Both the position numbers and the translations under genes were made by a program. A stretch of 64,000 nucleotides of DNA. Origin: Ylistrum balloti (taxonomy: Eukaryota). The DNA lies in the NCBI RefSeq assembly GCF_031769215.1, contig NW_026782038.1, positions 124,001-188,000 of the forward strand. Reading direction: 5' to 3'. Below the pieces are notes generated by a model that was not told the DNA's origin, searched no databases, and saw only the letters and a list, made by a program, of their open reading frames with translations. This document shows, one piece after another, positions 37,001 through 49,959 of the stretch; positions within the stretch are counted from its first letter, which is position 1, and every line of letters begins with the position of its first letter.

Positions 37001-39544
37001 ATGTGGGATTTCAACATAGAAACACTGTTTCTTAGTGTTGTTTTCAAATGCGAAAACGAAGTCAGTTATTATTTGTCTACTTACAGAAAACAATAAAGAT
37101 CTTTTCAGAGTGATGATTACAGCGAGAGATAAATGCATAACTGTTTAAGAGCAAGTACAATGTGATCAAAGTTATGAGATAGGTCCTTACGTCATAAAAA
37201 CAAGAGATCCAAGGGGAATCTTGACGCCCATGATTGTTTGGTCTTCATTTTTTTTTTTTTTTTTTTTTGAAACTTGTATATTTTCCCTTCTTTTATCTTC
37301 CTTCCTCTTATTTCTCTTATTCCTACATATAAAATATGAGAAAGATCCATCCAGTACTTCTCAGGAATGAGCGATTACAGACTTCTGTTGTCACAATCCA
37401 GAGCCCAGAATGCAAAATCCACATTTTGTAGAATCAACCAAGTAGGAAAGATACATGTACATATGTTTGAATTGATTTTCCTCTTCAAATATTGAAGCTT
37501 GCATCAGTACGGAAGCTATGTATTAATTTGTTATTGCCATCTTTATTAAAATGCGTATCTTAATTATAGCTCTATCACTCTTCGTAAAGGACCTAATAAC
37601 ATCCAATAAGGAGTCATGTTCTGGCGACCTTCGCACCATCTGTACTTAATAACAGATGAATGGCCCGAATGACATCTACAGCAAGTCATTTCGTCACAAC
37701 ATGTAGACCATTCTGATAAAAATTCATATATTTATTTTCGCTCAGGTAGCATTTTAATCACATTGACATAAAGATATGCTCTAGCTTCAGTCGACATGTT
37801 GTGATGAAATGATTTAATAAACAACTAGGATTATGCAAGCTATTTCGTCTACCTTCGTTCACTTTCAAAATTCGATAAACGGTAATGTGCTTGGCTAAGG
37901 CAAACTTTTAACAGAACATGACCTGTTATGAGATGTTGTTAGATCTTATTCGGATCTGCATTTTAATCAGACGGTTTGTTACCTGAAACATTGTAGAAAA
38001 ATAGTCATTTCTTAACATATTAAAAAAAAATTAAGAATTAAGAAAATTCAAAATGAACGAATAATCCTTATTTGATCTATTTTATTCAAATTACTGTTTA
38101 CCTTATTCTCAAACTATCTAGGTTTACTTGGGTCTAGTTAGGACATGCCAGACCCTATTGTCAATATTAGCCGTCACCGGTCCACTTAAACATGGTGACA
38201 GAGAACACCGAGAGACAAGTGTTTAACAGTGATCTAGATTATGACCCGATAAATGTATACATGCATGTACTATGAACTTATTTCATTTCATACTTTTAAA
38301 GGCCGTAGTATCAAAAACATCAATGTAAAACCTGATAGGAGAGTTACCGCTTCTAATATCAGGTTCACAGATTCACAAAATGTCCATGAATGGTTTGCTT
38401 ACACATGAACATAGTGGTAAGCGAGTAAGTTGAATTACACAGTAAATGTATCGTCCATCTTTACATATCAAATCATACTTTTTTGTCACTTCACAAGTTA
38501 TCCCAACATGCCATTATCAGTTGGTGATATGTTATTTTCTCATATTTAATGATAAAATGCATATTCCGTTAGTGGGTCATATAAATGCCACGGTAAATAT
38601 CATAATCCATTAGATTGCTTGCTATGTGTTAAAATCGTTGTCAATAATACTTGAATTTTCATTCCAACGGTAAATGCTATGATCAGGCCTCAAAATACAC
38701 ACATATATTCAACCATTTTGTATAACCATATTATAACTATGATGATAAGAGAAATGATTTACATCGTAACAACAATTTAATGTCACTTTCGTATACTGTA
38801 AATACATGAAGTTTTTCCGTTGAATTCATTGTTACACTTAATCCACGAATTTATATGTCCATAAAATGTTAAATATATAAATTGCCATGAATTATAGTTC
38901 TTCTGAATTTCGGGAGCAAAATATATTTCCACAAAATCAAGCAAACCGTGCACTTTTTGCAAAACAACCGAATATGAGCCCAACGATGATAAATAATTTC
39001 GGGAGACGTAATATAACACATACACCACATGCTTATATCACGTTCATGACATCCATGTTTCCCTAAATGCTATATCAGCCTGTCTGGTTTACTTGTTTGG
39101 ACAATACGCAATACTTCGAACTTCTTTTTCATGGGGTTGGGTTGTCATTATTCTCATTATGTTTGAATAGTATTGAAATAGTTTGCTCATTCGGAAATAT
39201 ATCAATATAAATGTATTCCAATCAGTTCAGATTTCCCTTGGTTAAAAAAATGTGTACAAATTATATTGACTCTTTTAATATTAATATTATTTTCATATTT
39301 ATATACACATCGATTGTCTGGCTATATGCTTATCTTTATAAAACTGCACTGTTACAAATTAAAATACATTCTTGATAATGATATCAAAATATGAGATAAA
39401 AATGTTTTTCGACATCTAATTATGGGACGTTTTCCAGTCGTCATTAAGATTTCATTGAGAAATAATTTATTTCTTTGTATGATATGACACTGGACGTTGG
39501 TTCCGTTGTTGTCTACCTTGTTATTTGAAAACCTATTACTTACA

Positions 39545-39740
39545 TGGATTGACCGAGCTTTACATTACGGGTGTCGTTGATGAAGCAGAAGACGCTTAAT
39601 CTTCCGGAACACCTGGTCTTTTCACCTTGTTCTTTTTCAAGAGTTCCCGTGTAATTGTTTATTTTGGTCATATTTTGCCCTTGTTTTATTGAATTTAAGC
39701 TTGGATTAGGAATATGTTGACATATTGGTATTTTCTTGTT
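39545..39740 (+). mobile_element. Relic of a short interspersed bivalve-type repeat, possibly Penelope-associated
   Basis: ACGGGTGTC...GCAGAAGACGCTTAATCTTCCGGAACACCTG resembles a recurrent bivalve repeat consensus as recalled. It is absent from the paralogous copy-5 flank. Confidence 0.35.
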
Positions 39741-39866
39741 GATCTATATATGCATTGTACACGTGATTTGCTCCGCTACAGTTAGTGATAAAGCCAGCTG
39801 TTATAAAACAAATACATGACGAAAGTTTTAAGTAAAAGTTCAATTTTAAAACTCATCGTTATCAGG

Positions 39867-40065
39867 GATTCACAATGTATAACTTAAATTCATCCTGAGC
39901 TAACTACAAGACCTAAAGTAAAGTTTTAACACATTTTCTTACAATAGATTCACATAGTACACAGTATAACTTGATTTCAGCTTGAACTAACTACAAGTCA
40001 AACACAAAGCTCACATGCTGTAGACTGAATCTTTACTACAAATCCTAAAGCTCAGTCTTAACACT
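39867..40065 (-). repeat. Related degenerate repeat units at the 3' end of copy 6
   Basis: GATTCACA..TATAACTT..TTCA..CTAACTACAAG occurs twice. CCTAAAGTAAAGTTTTAACAC mimics the KTEL-stop segment CCTAAAGCTCAGTCTTAACAC. Confidence 0.7.
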
Positions 40066-40219
40066 CTTCCTAAGCTTATTCGGGATATCCTCAAGCAGTA
40101 ACTTCATGCGCTCTGAAAATACATTCTGATCCATGACAGGTTCTACATTCAAATTCATGTAGTTATGTTCGTTTGGACCAAAGGTCTTCCAGAGAACGCG
40201 GCCCTCGCCATTGGGATTT
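40045..40219 (-). CDS. Carboxylesterase copy 6, terminal exon (KTEL)
   Basis: Acceptor TTTTCAG; 175 nt; NPNGEGRVLW...SVKTEL-TAG. Confidence 0.92.
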
Positions 40220-40412
40220 CTGAAAATGATGAAAAACAGGTGGTTTGAATTAGCAGCACAAATAATTTTATGAAACATAACATTGAAATATTGAAAATAG
40301 CAAAACATCAATTTTATGTGCAAGTGGTTGAGTCCAATAAACTACATCACAATGGATCAACGACAACAAGGTTGATAATTCGAATATAATGACAAGAAAC
40401 TTCATCACCTAC

Positions 40413-41962
40413 CCCGTTTTAGCAAAATTACTCCAATAGCTCACAAGAATTTCGGTCATTTCTCGTCCTTCCGTACTGGATAAAGATTCGTCGAGTTGGT
40501 ACATGCCATCCGGACCAAAAAGGTACAATAGATCAACTCCATGTCCAGCTCCGTCTCTAGACCAGTTATAATTGGGAACTACAAAGGGAAACGTAATGCC
40601 CTTTGAAAACAAGTATTGGTATGTATTCGAACTGGCTCTTTCCCTTGAATGGAAATTCAGTAATTGTTTAGTTGGAGCAACGAAAGCAATGTCTCCAAAC
40701 AAATTTGATATACTTCTGGATTGTTCTTGGATGTTTTCCTCACTGTAGGCTTTACAGAGCATTTCCGGTACAATGGTTTCATCGTTGTATGCTTGTCTGG
40801 CAAACGCAGGGGCTAAATCCTCACACAATACAACAGTTGGAATACCGTCTGATACATTAAAGTTCCTGGACTCCTGTAACTGCATGACAAGAAATGGAAC
40901 AACTGAACCTTCATTGTCCGTCGTTCCTGCCATCATGTCAAGAGATCGAAAGAAAATGGATTCTTTAGATGTCAAATCCTCCAAGCTTTTGTCTGGATTT
41001 CTAACGAGCAATTCTCCGTCAATAACCGGCCATAGTTGTGGACTAATGGGTATATCTCCAAAGTCCGTTGTATTAGGGTCGTTTTGAGCTTTAAATAAAT
41101 CTTCAGCAGATTTTTCCTTCAGACAACTTACAAGAGCTTTCCGGTCAACAGTCGAGTCGTTTTCAGTGATACAGCCAACATAGCTACCAACTCTCTTGGT
41201 AAGTATGAATGGATCCTTAACCTCCCAAAAATCACCAATTGAAGCTCCACTCTGAGGAATTACGCGTTTAAATAGTCCTTCATTGCTTGGAATAACTGAT
41301 AAATAGGAAACAGCGAAGCCTCCTGCCGATTCTCCGAAAATGGTAACCGATTCAGGGTCGCCTCCGAATGATGCTATGTTTTTATTTACCCATTTCAGTG
41401 CTTCTATCATGTCCCATAGTCCATAGTTACCCGGCAGGGCGGCATCTCCTGTACTTAGAAATCCGAAAACTCCGAGACGGTAGTTAATACTGACCACAAT
41501 GACATCTTTGAGTACTAAAAACGACGGATCCAGGAACCAGCTATTTCCTATCTGAAAACCTCCGCCGTGAACCCAAAACATGACGGACTTTTTCTCTGAT
41601 GTTGAAACCGCCCCTGGCACATATATGTTAAGTTGAAGGCAGTCTTCTGAAGTAATGTTATTTTCTGCTTTTACCCAAAACTCTGGTAAAGAGTGAATAT
41701 CTTGTATACATGAAGGTCCGAAAACAGTGCCGTCTAAAGTTTCCTTCCATGGTTCAATGGGAACAGTCTTCTCAAATCGAAGGTTGCCCAAGGGAGGTTT
41801 AGCATAAGGAATATTCCGGAACTGAACTATATCATGTCCGAGAGTAGGAACAACAATGCCTTTGATTGGACCGGAAGGAGTGTTGACTACCGGGAAGGAC
41901 TGTGAGGCAGCCACAGCCAGCAATGATGCAAGCCATACAATCTGGTACACAGTCATGATCAT
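40413..41962 (-). CDS. Carboxylesterase/cholinesterase-like copy 6, large exon (about 574 aa spliced)
   Basis: TTCAG|ATG at 41962 (a second ATG is at 41956). Motifs HGGGF, FGESAGG, GTTDNEG, GAGHGVDL. Donor GG|GTAGGT. Confidence 0.95.
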
Positions 41963-42309
41963 CTGAATTCCGTATAAATGAAAACAAAAACAAATGACAA
42001 CGAAATAACAGGGAATGTACAATAATCAGAAAATTCCTGTATCTATACTTATCAAGCCTGTTGTGTTGGAATTATTTGACTTTGAAGATAGAGGACCCAG
42101 GGGTCAGCATAATCTTTTTGATATACCTGTTAATTGAAAACGTTACCATACATGCTACTGCTTTATGATCTCTTGACATTACATGATTAGCCCTATATTA
42201 TATTGAGGACACTTTCTTTTCTTTATACTATCAAAGTATTGGATGGTACTGGTGGCTTCTGCTGCAGCCGCATATATATTGATGTCTTTAAATAACATAA
42301 ACTTTCATG

Positions 42310-42650
42310 GTATTTACACACCATAATTGGAAATCAAAGTCACTAAAGATTCTTCTACATCAGCCGCTTGTATGATAAGCGTGATGGTTTCAATTTCGCT
42401 ATTGTAAATTTTCCATTTCTGTATAGCAATACCCTGCATCCAAGACCTAAGATATTTACATGTCGCAGTTGATTCGATATTCAGGGCCCTGTTCCAATTA
42501 CCAAGATTTTCGTGCAAGAAATCGTCAACTGACTGACAAACTCGTAACACAATGTTTCAAAAGATAATGGTTGATGACAATTATGGGTAAGTTTTCATGT
42601 GTCGTCAGTGATGAAGTAGACACTTATTCTTATGACCTTATTCTCCTTGA
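42310..42650 (+). mobile_element. Decayed Penelope-like element RT thumb region (Naiad/Chlamys-like)
   Basis: LEIKVTKDSSTSA, RLYDKRDGFNFAIVNFPFLYSN, YMSQLIRYSGPCSNYQDF. Confidence 0.85.
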
Positions 42651-43620
42651 ACTCTACGTATATATATACATATATATATATATAGTATATTTTGCCCTGG
42701 TTTTATTCAAGTTGAGTTTGGATTATGATCATATGATATGTCGGGTAAATTTCGTTTCTGAACGGAAATATTAATTTCTAAAAATCGCTGATATACATAT
42801 ATTTTTCATTAAACATGAAATAAAACTGTTAGTTAACTTTCTTTTTTTTCGAATAAGATAACAAAAAAAAAGGTGGGAGAGAAATTACAGAACTGCCTTC
42901 TCCCCGCCTACTTCGCCATTGATATGAAATGCCAGCATATCCAAAATCTTACTTTATATATAAATTCAGAAACAGAGCAATACATACACAATGAAATATC
43001 CCTTCACTTCATACGTACATGTGATTATTTCTGAGAAGATCGATACCATATCTGTGACTATTCAGAAAAATGTGTCGAGATAGACGTTCTTTGCAATGGT
43101 CCATTATTTTCTGTTTTTTAATGCGTCAGTTAATTCTGTATCAGTTGCGTCCCTTTTAACCAGAGCCCAGTGGCAAGCGTATGTCACTATTTGAATAGCA
43201 TCTTCTTGACAAAACATAACAATAACGTAAAATAATCACAAATTTCAATTTTGAACGTTTTGCTACACTATGCAAAGGTGGATTTCTTATACAGAACGCA
43301 CCTCCAAATAATGTGAATGCTTACCTTAATGAAGCAGTAAGTAGTAGGTTCCGTACTCTCCCTTTTCTGTGTGTTAAACTGTCGATGCCTGCCTTTAAAT
43401 CGATAAATAAATCATACATTTGTACAAGAGTTGTCGTTCCTTAAAATCATTTTCATGCAGGCCTCAAACCACTGTTTCACTTCAGGGCCGTTATACACGG
43501 CAAATTGAAAATTCGAGTCAGTTAGTCAATATTTTCTAGGCTCAATTATAACATATATGTTCATATTTTTTTTACTCGGGGTTGTTGTACAATATCTATT
43601 GTAGTGTATGAATTTTTCTT

Positions 43621-43628
43621 TGACGTCA
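43621..43628. promoter_or_regulatory. Perfect CRE palindrome TGACGTCA in a CpG-rich stretch between divergent copy 6 and NTAN1
   Basis: Exact motif; function is not demonstrated. Confidence 0.2.
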
Positions 43629-44169
43629 TATTTATGTCTGTTGGTGTGGCAGGACACATTTAGTGAGGAGGCTCAAGTAGTGATATATGATTTTGAGCCC
43701 TCGGACTTTGAAACAGTTATTTGGGAAACTTTTTAAAACAAATTCGGAAAATCACAGCGTGTTTTGCAGAAAGTTTCAGCGAACTATATGTGCGATACTG
43801 GTCACAATTATGCAGGTTTTTGTTATGTCCTGTTTTCAACTACTTCGAATTACCGGTTATTCAGATAATCATTGCTGAGCTAGGAAAGAGGTTTGTGTCC
43901 GCAATTTTATCAGTGTTTTAGTGCATTTATACCGGAAATTATTAGTTACTACTAAACTGTAAAGCGGATGGCGGACTGAATTGAATGTGCCCTGCCCCAG
44001 TTGAAAGTCTCGGCCTTTACAGTAATCGTTTTGCTAATTTAACTTATGATGTAGTATATATGATCATAAATCAGTTTAGTTATTGAAAAATGCCATTGTT
44101 TTGAAAATGAAAATTAGCTGACTGAGTACATCAAGCTCCTGATGTAACGTGCAGTAACAGCAAACACAG

Positions 44170-44955
44170 GCACCTGTATCATGCAGGGGACTGGATTTTA
44201 GCTTATGTTGTTTACGTTCAATATACAGGTGCTCGTGCAGCAAGACATCGTCTGGTATATCATAAAGACCATATATATGATCAATGAAGTAATAATAACG
44301 AATTATCAAACGATGCAAGCCCCTTTACGAATAAAACACAAATATTACATAAATTACATTATAAAAACAAATAAAGTTAAATCGAGAGCGATGATGTAAA
44401 AACTTGATTTTTTTTTTTGTTTATATTATATACAAATGAATGGGAATTAGTGGGAGATATGCATACTAAAATTATGGTTATTATTACTGAAATGAAATAA
44501 AGTATCAAAAATGTTTTATATAAATTTTGGTACGTTTTGCACTGTAGACACTGAGGGTATATGTGCGATAGCATCGAAAACAATTGCATGTCACACTCCG
44601 AGGAAAGTAATATACTGGTACATATCAGCCATACTCTAAATAAGAATTGTTTGATTGAGAAAAAGAAAATTTATCATAAAAAATTTATAAAATTCTGCTA
44701 TATCTGTATCTATACCCCCATTTTCAATTATCCTGTTGATGGTAGCATCAACATTTTGAGCATATTCTAACATCGAAGCATGACCAACTTTGCAATAGAA
44801 TGTCTCATTTGATAACTTGTAATTGGCCTAATCAATGTAACCATCTGTGTTCATGAAGACCACTGCGGAGCCTTTGTCCGCTGGTTTGATCACAATACTG
44901 GTGTTTTGTTTTAAGCCCTGCAAGGCCTTCTGTTCTCCCATCCCAATGTCACAGG
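44170..44955 (-). mobile_element. Decayed Penelope-like element, RT N-terminal region
   Basis: EQKALQGLKQNTSIVIKPADKGSAVVFMNTDGYID*ANYKLSNETFY is the diagnostic PLE motif. Weaker downstream traces: VPK, ISPT, IPDDVLL. Confidence 0.8.
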
Positions 44956-45769
44956 TCAAGTATAACAACAACGAAATTGCCTGCCATTCTTTTATTGGGC
45001 CTTCCCGTGAACAGCTATAGCATGAAACCCCTGAAAAAAATACACAAATAGCTGGATAGTACTATGACATGGTGATATGTTATGTAACATGTACGTTTTA
45101 ATTTACTGTATACATGTCAAGTCCAATTCCGCGAATGAAAGTAATTGAAACGTAGATTATAATATTTACCTTCCAAAACCCCGTCGGTCTGGTAAAGTGC
45201 TTCATTCTGTACACATTTTGTACTATCATGCGGGCATATGTAAATGGACCCCAGAGGATACGTCCGTATATACGACGGTCCTGGCTATAGTGCGTCTTAC
45301 ACGCTGTGTAAAAGGGTTTTTATTATTTCACTGCCATACTCCACTCACCATTGCATGCTTTTTCACGACTCCTTACACCCTAATTTACATACAGGACGAA
45401 AACAACACCAAATATGGACGATGACACCACCACCCTGACACGACACGTGTAACAGGAACTTCCCAACATAGTTGACTAACGCGTACTGACACAGAAAATG
45501 ATAAGACACTTTCCTAAGTTAATAGTAATTGAACTACCTGTCACACCAAGGTTATTTTTTTAAGTATGGTGCATTGTTGGGATATCTGTTTTACTTCATC
45601 TATAAATGCTTTCAATGCTGGAACTTTACTGGGTAACAAATTCCATGTACTTTTTTAGTTAAATTGGTTTACAGGGGTTGTTGTGGCAGAGTTGTAATTG
45701 TTTCTTCGTCTTTAGCATATTGTATACCAAAATGGAATTGTATGTAGAAGATTCTGATATCCTGGAGCA

Positions 45770-46651
45770 ATTCTGCATTGTGCATTGTGTGTAAACTTTT
45801 TTTTAAACTCTTCTCCTCTTACATAACTGGATAGATTTCAACCAAATTTGGTCTGATGCATCATTAGATGAGGGTAATCATTTCTTAAATTCAGAATTTT
45901 GATTTGACCCCTAGGAGTCGAGGGACAGGGCCACAAAGGTGGAGGTGATGAACCCTAGTTCTCCTTTCTGCCTGAGTGGATTTCAACAAGCTTAGGCCTG
46001 GCCTGGTTCAGCAGGAAGGGTAGGCAATTATTTCATGAGGTATGAAACATGTTTAAATGACCTCTTCTCAATAACTTAAAGGATGAGGTTGCTGATATTG
46101 GGCCAACTTTCAAAGGTCACAGGTGTCAAATGTGTTGAAATGCTTAAGCACTTCCTCTCAATTACTGAAAGGCTCAGGATGATGTTATTTGGCCTGTAGC
46201 ATGCTAGGATGTAGGGCTACCAACTTTGTTAACATGAATGACATTGACCCACTTTCAAGATCACAGGTATCAAATATGTTAAAATATTTGAATGACTGCT
46301 TCTCAATAACCAAAAGGCCCAGGGTGCTGATATTGGACTAACTTTCAAAGTCACAGGGGTTAAAAGTGTTGCCATGCTTAAGCAACTTCTTAATGAAGGA
46401 AAGGCCAAAGGTCTTGATATTGGGCCTGTAGCTTGCTTTTTCAGCAAGCAATACATCTGCAGTAATGGCGATCGTGTAGTGCATGTAAAAAGAATATGTT
46501 TTCAAATTTGTAGAAAATGTCTTGATGAACCAACAATGTCTTCTATGTAAACTGTAGAAGAGTTAAGCAATTTATTTTAGACCTATTTATTCCTCTTTCA
46601 TACATAGGTCTTTATAATCAGATGACTGTTAAGGCCCATGGGCCTCTTGTT
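45770..46651 (+). mobile_element. Helentron-type non-autonomous element (HINE-like), 5' end eroded
   Basis: Degenerate TTGTGCA repeats, three internal ACTTTCAAAGGTCACAGG-type units, and a 3' end CAGATGAC + perfect palindrome AGGCCCATGGGCCT + CTTGTT. Confidence 0.6.
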
Positions 46652-48561
46652 AATTAGAATGATCATCTCGTTTCCTGATGTGATTTTAAGATATTAAAAC
46701 TACAAACCAACCCTTGTGCAGAATGGCCAGTTTTGTGTTACACACACCCTGCAGGAGTAACAAAAGTTTCATTTGGCAGACATGTAGGACCCTCTCGAAT
46801 CGAGCTATGGCTGACTTGGACATAGATATAAATATATATTAATCAGAAGGGTTCTGGATATCTATCCGCTATTTTTCCTTTCATAAAAAAAACTGAATGT
46901 GCTTTATGTGTTTAATTATTTTTCTTAATTTTAATGTGCAGTACAACTTCATTATGTTTAACTTTAAAATAATGTACAATGCTGTACAGTACTGTCCATG
47001 TAGGTGCTGTTATGTTTTCATTTTAAGCATATTATAATTCGAAAGTATAATTGGCATTGAATGACAGAATTAGTGTCCACCTTTATCCATGATCTAGCTT
47101 AGAACTCAGGTAGCTTAGCTTGCTAAACAAGAGTTCGAAGTTTTTAGTAAATTGATTATTGCATATTTTTCAGATGGATACCACTTCTTTTTTTATTTTA
47201 TTCAGGACTGTACAGTACAGCTTAACTTATAGATATATATTAGATCATTTGACAACTCCATAGGCAGTCCAATTTCTACTTATAAGATTACTTTTACAAA
47301 TCTAAATCTGTCACTGATTTAAAACCACAAAAATATTATTGAAAAACCAGGAAACTTGTACATGAGTTTATAATATGAGAGAGATCCCTCAGCTTCCTGA
47401 TTTTTCTGTAAGAGTTATCTATCTTTGCATTATTTGCATTGTCATCAGTAAATTTTCACAGCTGTCTTTTCAAGGGTTACAGGTAAATGTTCTATAAATG
47501 AGTTTATGCTCACCTTAGATAGATTGTGCCATAAACTTAATTTGTTAGAAACAAATGTTTTAAAAATACTTCCATTCATCTAATATGTACATGTGTAATC
47601 TGTTTTATATATATTGTTGTCAATTTTTGGCTTGGCTCATAGTGTTGTGGCTGTTGTGCTTCTGGAAGTCACTCTTACATTTGGTTTCTTTTCACATTTA
47701 TTGTATGCCTAGTTCTTCTACCTTAATGATTTTGTTTTTGGTAGTAAAATATAAAGTTTTATTTTGAAAAGATAAGATTTTGTATTTCCACTGATTTTGA
47801 ACAAATCAGATAACAGTATTTACTGTGAAAAAAGACCTTTTTACCATGAGTAATAAGGAATGTCAGCTCTTTTAGAGATTGTACAAATACAATCAGCAAG
47901 ATGGGAGGAAACTGGTTAATTAATGCAATGCATTGATGCTGGCCAATCTAGATCAGATTATGTTTTACACATGTTGTATTTTCCTGCGTTCTGAACAATT
48001 ATTTGAAGATTTATATTTTAACTGTGAAACTATATATGATATCAGGAAGTCATTTCTGCTCACCTGTGAAAAATATCGAAGTTTTCACCCCAATCATTGA
48101 AATATGACTACACTGCAGTGATTCGTCCAGGAAAAGTCAAAGCTTTTCAAACTCTCTTCAATATTATAACTTCATTATTTTATGTTACTGCTGTCTTAGT
48201 TTCATGAGAACTAAATATAAAGATCCTCCAACATGAATTTTTTGTTTTCTAATAATATACTCAACAAAACTATAAGCATAACTTTGAGCCATTCTATAAA
48301 TTCTTGACCTGGCAATGTAAGTTAAGTTGTAAAACTTATATGAATCAATGCATGTAATGCTGTCAGCATGGAATATGTTTTCTTTTATGTCGATACATAT
48401 GAGTGTAATGCATAGATCAAATATATTTTTGCAGTCATCTAACAGGAGCTTAGAAATTAACTAAAAAGAATGAAGAATGTTTTATCATACTCTACCATTT
48501 CATGTTCCCCAATATGTGTGATAGTGAATTGGTATCAATTTATATTTCACCAACTCTGACC

Positions 48562-49959
48562 TAGCTAACCTGGCCCAAAAGGCAAAATGAGCTATAGGGA
48601 TACCACAGTGTTCGTTGTCCAGCATCCGTCATCTGTCCGTCGTCTGTTTGTCCATCTATCATCTATCAATTTTTCCTATAAATTGCAACTAGTCATGAAT
48701 GATTAATAGGTATTTTTTTTTTATTAAATTGGGTCTTAAGCATCCTTTGGGGAAGAGGAACCAATTTTGTATAAATGATGGGTCTGAGATTTGGGGCCTG
48801 GGGGTGCAAGGCCTAATAGGGAAAATTTATCACTTTCTTTAAAATCTACCTTGTTCTTCACGAGATATTGTCCAAATTTGGTCCGAAGCATTCTTGGGTG
48901 AAGGGAAATCGGCCCCCAGGGGCCAGAGGGACAGGGCTCAAGAGGGAAAATCTATCAATGTCTTTAAAATCATTTTTATTCTTCAGGATTTGTTGGATAT
49001 TGTCCAAAATTCGTTTGAAGCATGCTTGCATGAAGTGAAAACAGTTTTGTATAAACACTGGGTTTCGGCCTTTAGGTGCCAGATTAGGTCTGAAGCATGC
49101 TTAGGTGAAGGTCTGGGACCCCTGGAGCCAGCTGGGCAGGTCACAATGTGGAAACTATCAATTTCTTTAAAATATAATCTTTTTCTTAAAGAATTGCAGA
49201 ATAATCTTTGAAGTCGGTCTGAAGCATGATTGGGTAAATGGAAATCAGTTTTGTATAAACAATATGTTTGAACCTCCTTGGGCCAGAGGGTCAGGCCCAA
49301 TATGGGAAATAGAGCAAATTCCTTAAAATCTTGCTCCTCCTGTAGGAATGAAAGGATTTTGCCCATATTTGGTCTGTAGCATTCTTTGATGAAGAGGAAT
49401 CAGTTTTGCATAAACTTTAGGTTTGGGCCTTTAGGGTGGGAGGAGCAGGGCCCATTAGGGGAAATAGGCCAAATTCTTTGAAGTCCTTCTTCTTCTGTAG
49501 GAATAAGTGGATGTTGTCCCAATTTGGCCTGGAAGCATGATTGGGTGAAGAAGAATAAATCTTATAGGGTGGGAGGGATAGGACCCAGTAGGGGGAAAAG
49601 GATAAATTCTTTAAAATCATTCTTCTTATGTAGGAATGCCTAGATTCTGTCCCAATTTGGTTTGAGACATACTTGGGTGAAGGATCAATTTTGTTTGAAC
49701 AATGGGTTCAGGGCCACTGGGGTGGGAAGAGCAGGGCTAGATAGTGAAAAGAGAGCAAAGTCTTTCAAATCCTTCTGATGTTGAAACTGAAGACATCCTT
49801 GGTAAAGAGAACTCAGTTTTTATTTTACGAAGAGTATACCTAAGCCCCTTTTGGAATTAGATATAAGTGTTTTAAATACTTTCTTTTCACTTAGTCAAAA
49901 TAAATCAATTTCAGCAAACTAAACCAGGTGAGCATTATAGGTCCTAAAGGCCAAGTGTT
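48562..49959 (+). mobile_element. Helentron-type non-autonomous element (HINE-like) with about 8 degenerate ~150-bp internal repeats
   Basis: Subterminal inverted pair GCTAACCTGG / CCAGGTGAGC, GTCC/CTGT-type microsatellite near the 5' end, recurring AATTTGGTC..AAGCAT anchors, and a short 3' hairpin. Confidence 0.7.

Noticed and set aside
468-41087. Short antisense or shifted ORFs overlapping esterase exons (e.g. 468-767, 8114-8335, 14558-14812, 32801-33106, 40773-41087)
   Set aside because: They are shadows of the real coding frames, with no independent motifs.
45244-45438. YVRIYDGPG peptide reminiscent of a CUB domain
   Set aside because: Cys spacing is wrong and there are no other CUB motifs or splice support.
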